IMG/VR virus record: IMGVR_UViG_3300036773_000089
Location: 1 to 42,104 of that record
Strand: one strand, 5' to 3'
Length of the DNA: 42,104 nt
Source of the DNA: a virus
Taxonomy: Duplodnaviria > Caudoviricetes
The position numbers were made by a program, and so were the translations under genes. Below the pieces are notes generated by a model. It had not been told where the DNA came from. It worked only from the letters and a program-made list of their open reading frames with translations, and did not search any database. This document shows positions 41,376 through 42,104 of this stretch, piece by piece (the first letter of the stretch is position 1; each line of letters starts with the position of its first letter).

Positions 41376-42104
41376 TTCGAGGCCCAGGGGTTCGAGCTCG
41401 AGGAGCTGCTCGAGCTCGACGACCACGGGTTCGCGCCGCCGTACGTCGACCCCGACCAGGGGTTGTCGTTGGCTTCGGGATCGAAATATTTGCCTTCCTC
41501 GTAGAACTGGAGGAAGAGGCGGTCTTCTTTTTCGTGTTCGATGCCATAGCGGTCGAAGAGGTTGCCGAGGATCTTGTCGGCTTCCTTGTATTCGCCTTCC
41601 ATCGTCGTGAGCCGCGCGTCCCTCTGCTTCTTCAGCGCCGGCACCTTCTTGCGATGGCCTTCTTCGATCGCGTTCTTCATCGCGTCGGCGTACTGCGAGG
41701 CGACGTCTTCGCGGGCGCTGGTCCCGTTCTTGTGGAGCGAGCCGAGCACCCGGCCGAGCATCGCGGAGTCGCGTTCCTTGCCGACGTCTTTGGGCAGCGG
41801 CGGGATGCCGAGGGTGCGGACGTAGCGCTCGGCGGTGTCGGCTTCGCGCAACTTGGCCGAGAGCTTGTCGAGGGCCTCCTGCCGTTCGGTCGAGAAGCTG
41901 CCGACGATCGGGAGCTGGCCGGCACCCTCGCCTTTCTTGCGACCCGCGGGGATGGTGGCTTCGCCGGCGACACGCGACACCGGCGAGAGCGAGAGGAGCT
42001 GCGCCAGGGCGCTCCACCCCGAGCCCGGTTCCTGCTTGCCGCTGAGGGGCGAGACGCCGTAGATCGCGGTGCCGAGGGCGGCGAGCGCGGGCTGCGCGAG
42101 CTTG
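41372..42104 (-). CDS. C-terminal part of the giant internal virion protein (joins 1-4287)
   Basis: In frame across the overlap; ends NPW..NPW(S)n NPWASK. Confidence 0.8.
   Translation of the reverse strand, partial: KLAQPALAALGTAIYGVSPLSGKQEPGSGWSALAQLLSLSPVSRVAGEATIPAGRKKGEGAGQLPIVGSFSTERQEALDKLSAKLREADTAERYVRTLGIPPLPKDVGKERDSAMLGRVLGSLHKNGTSAREDVASQYADAMKNAIEEGHRKKVPALKKQRDARLTTMEGEYKEADKILGNLFDRYGIEHEKEDRLFLQFYEEGKYFDPEANDNPWSGSTYGGANPWSSSSSSSSSSNPWASK
41978..42104. repeat. 127-bp terminal overlap (copy 2)
   Basis: Identical to 1-127. Confidence 0.97.

Noticed and set aside
41978-42104. Biological direct terminal repeat
   Set aside because: The length of 127 matches a common assembler k-mer and the repeat lies mid-gene, so it is best explained as a circular overlap.

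Overview
The window looks like a complete circular genome (41,977 bp unique) of a high-GC tailed phage; bases 1-127 recur exactly at 41978-42104 as an assembly overlap. The minus strand carries a podovirus-type (P22/T7-like) morphogenesis block: TerS, TerL, portal, scaffold, major capsid, adaptor, nozzle, a six-repeat YWTD-like propeller protein and four basic internal-virion proteins. The largest of these (~1630 aa) crosses the contig join and is missed by the ORF track. The minus strand also encodes a lysis cassette, RusA, a DNA methyltransferase, a tyrosine recombinase and a replication/recombination block (HTH initiator, DnaB, PD-(D/E)XK nuclease, Sak4-like ATPase, SSB-like protein). Two short plus-strand operons lie at 23840-25750 and 35294-35969. 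The host is probably an actinobacterium, possibly Thermoleophilia (inference only). The top candidate novelty is a 97-aa mini-terminase mimic that keeps the Q-motif, a broken Walker A and the Walker B DEEP of the phage's own TerL. Other candidates are two tRNA-mimic elements, a ~260-nt pseudoknotted ncRNA, a tandem covarying RNA hairpin motif ahead of the scaffold gene, two dispersed palindrome families and iterons inside the initiator gene. All product calls come from motif recognition and gene order by eye; no searches were run. Many starts were moved from the ORF track to SD-preceded or stop-overlapping codons.
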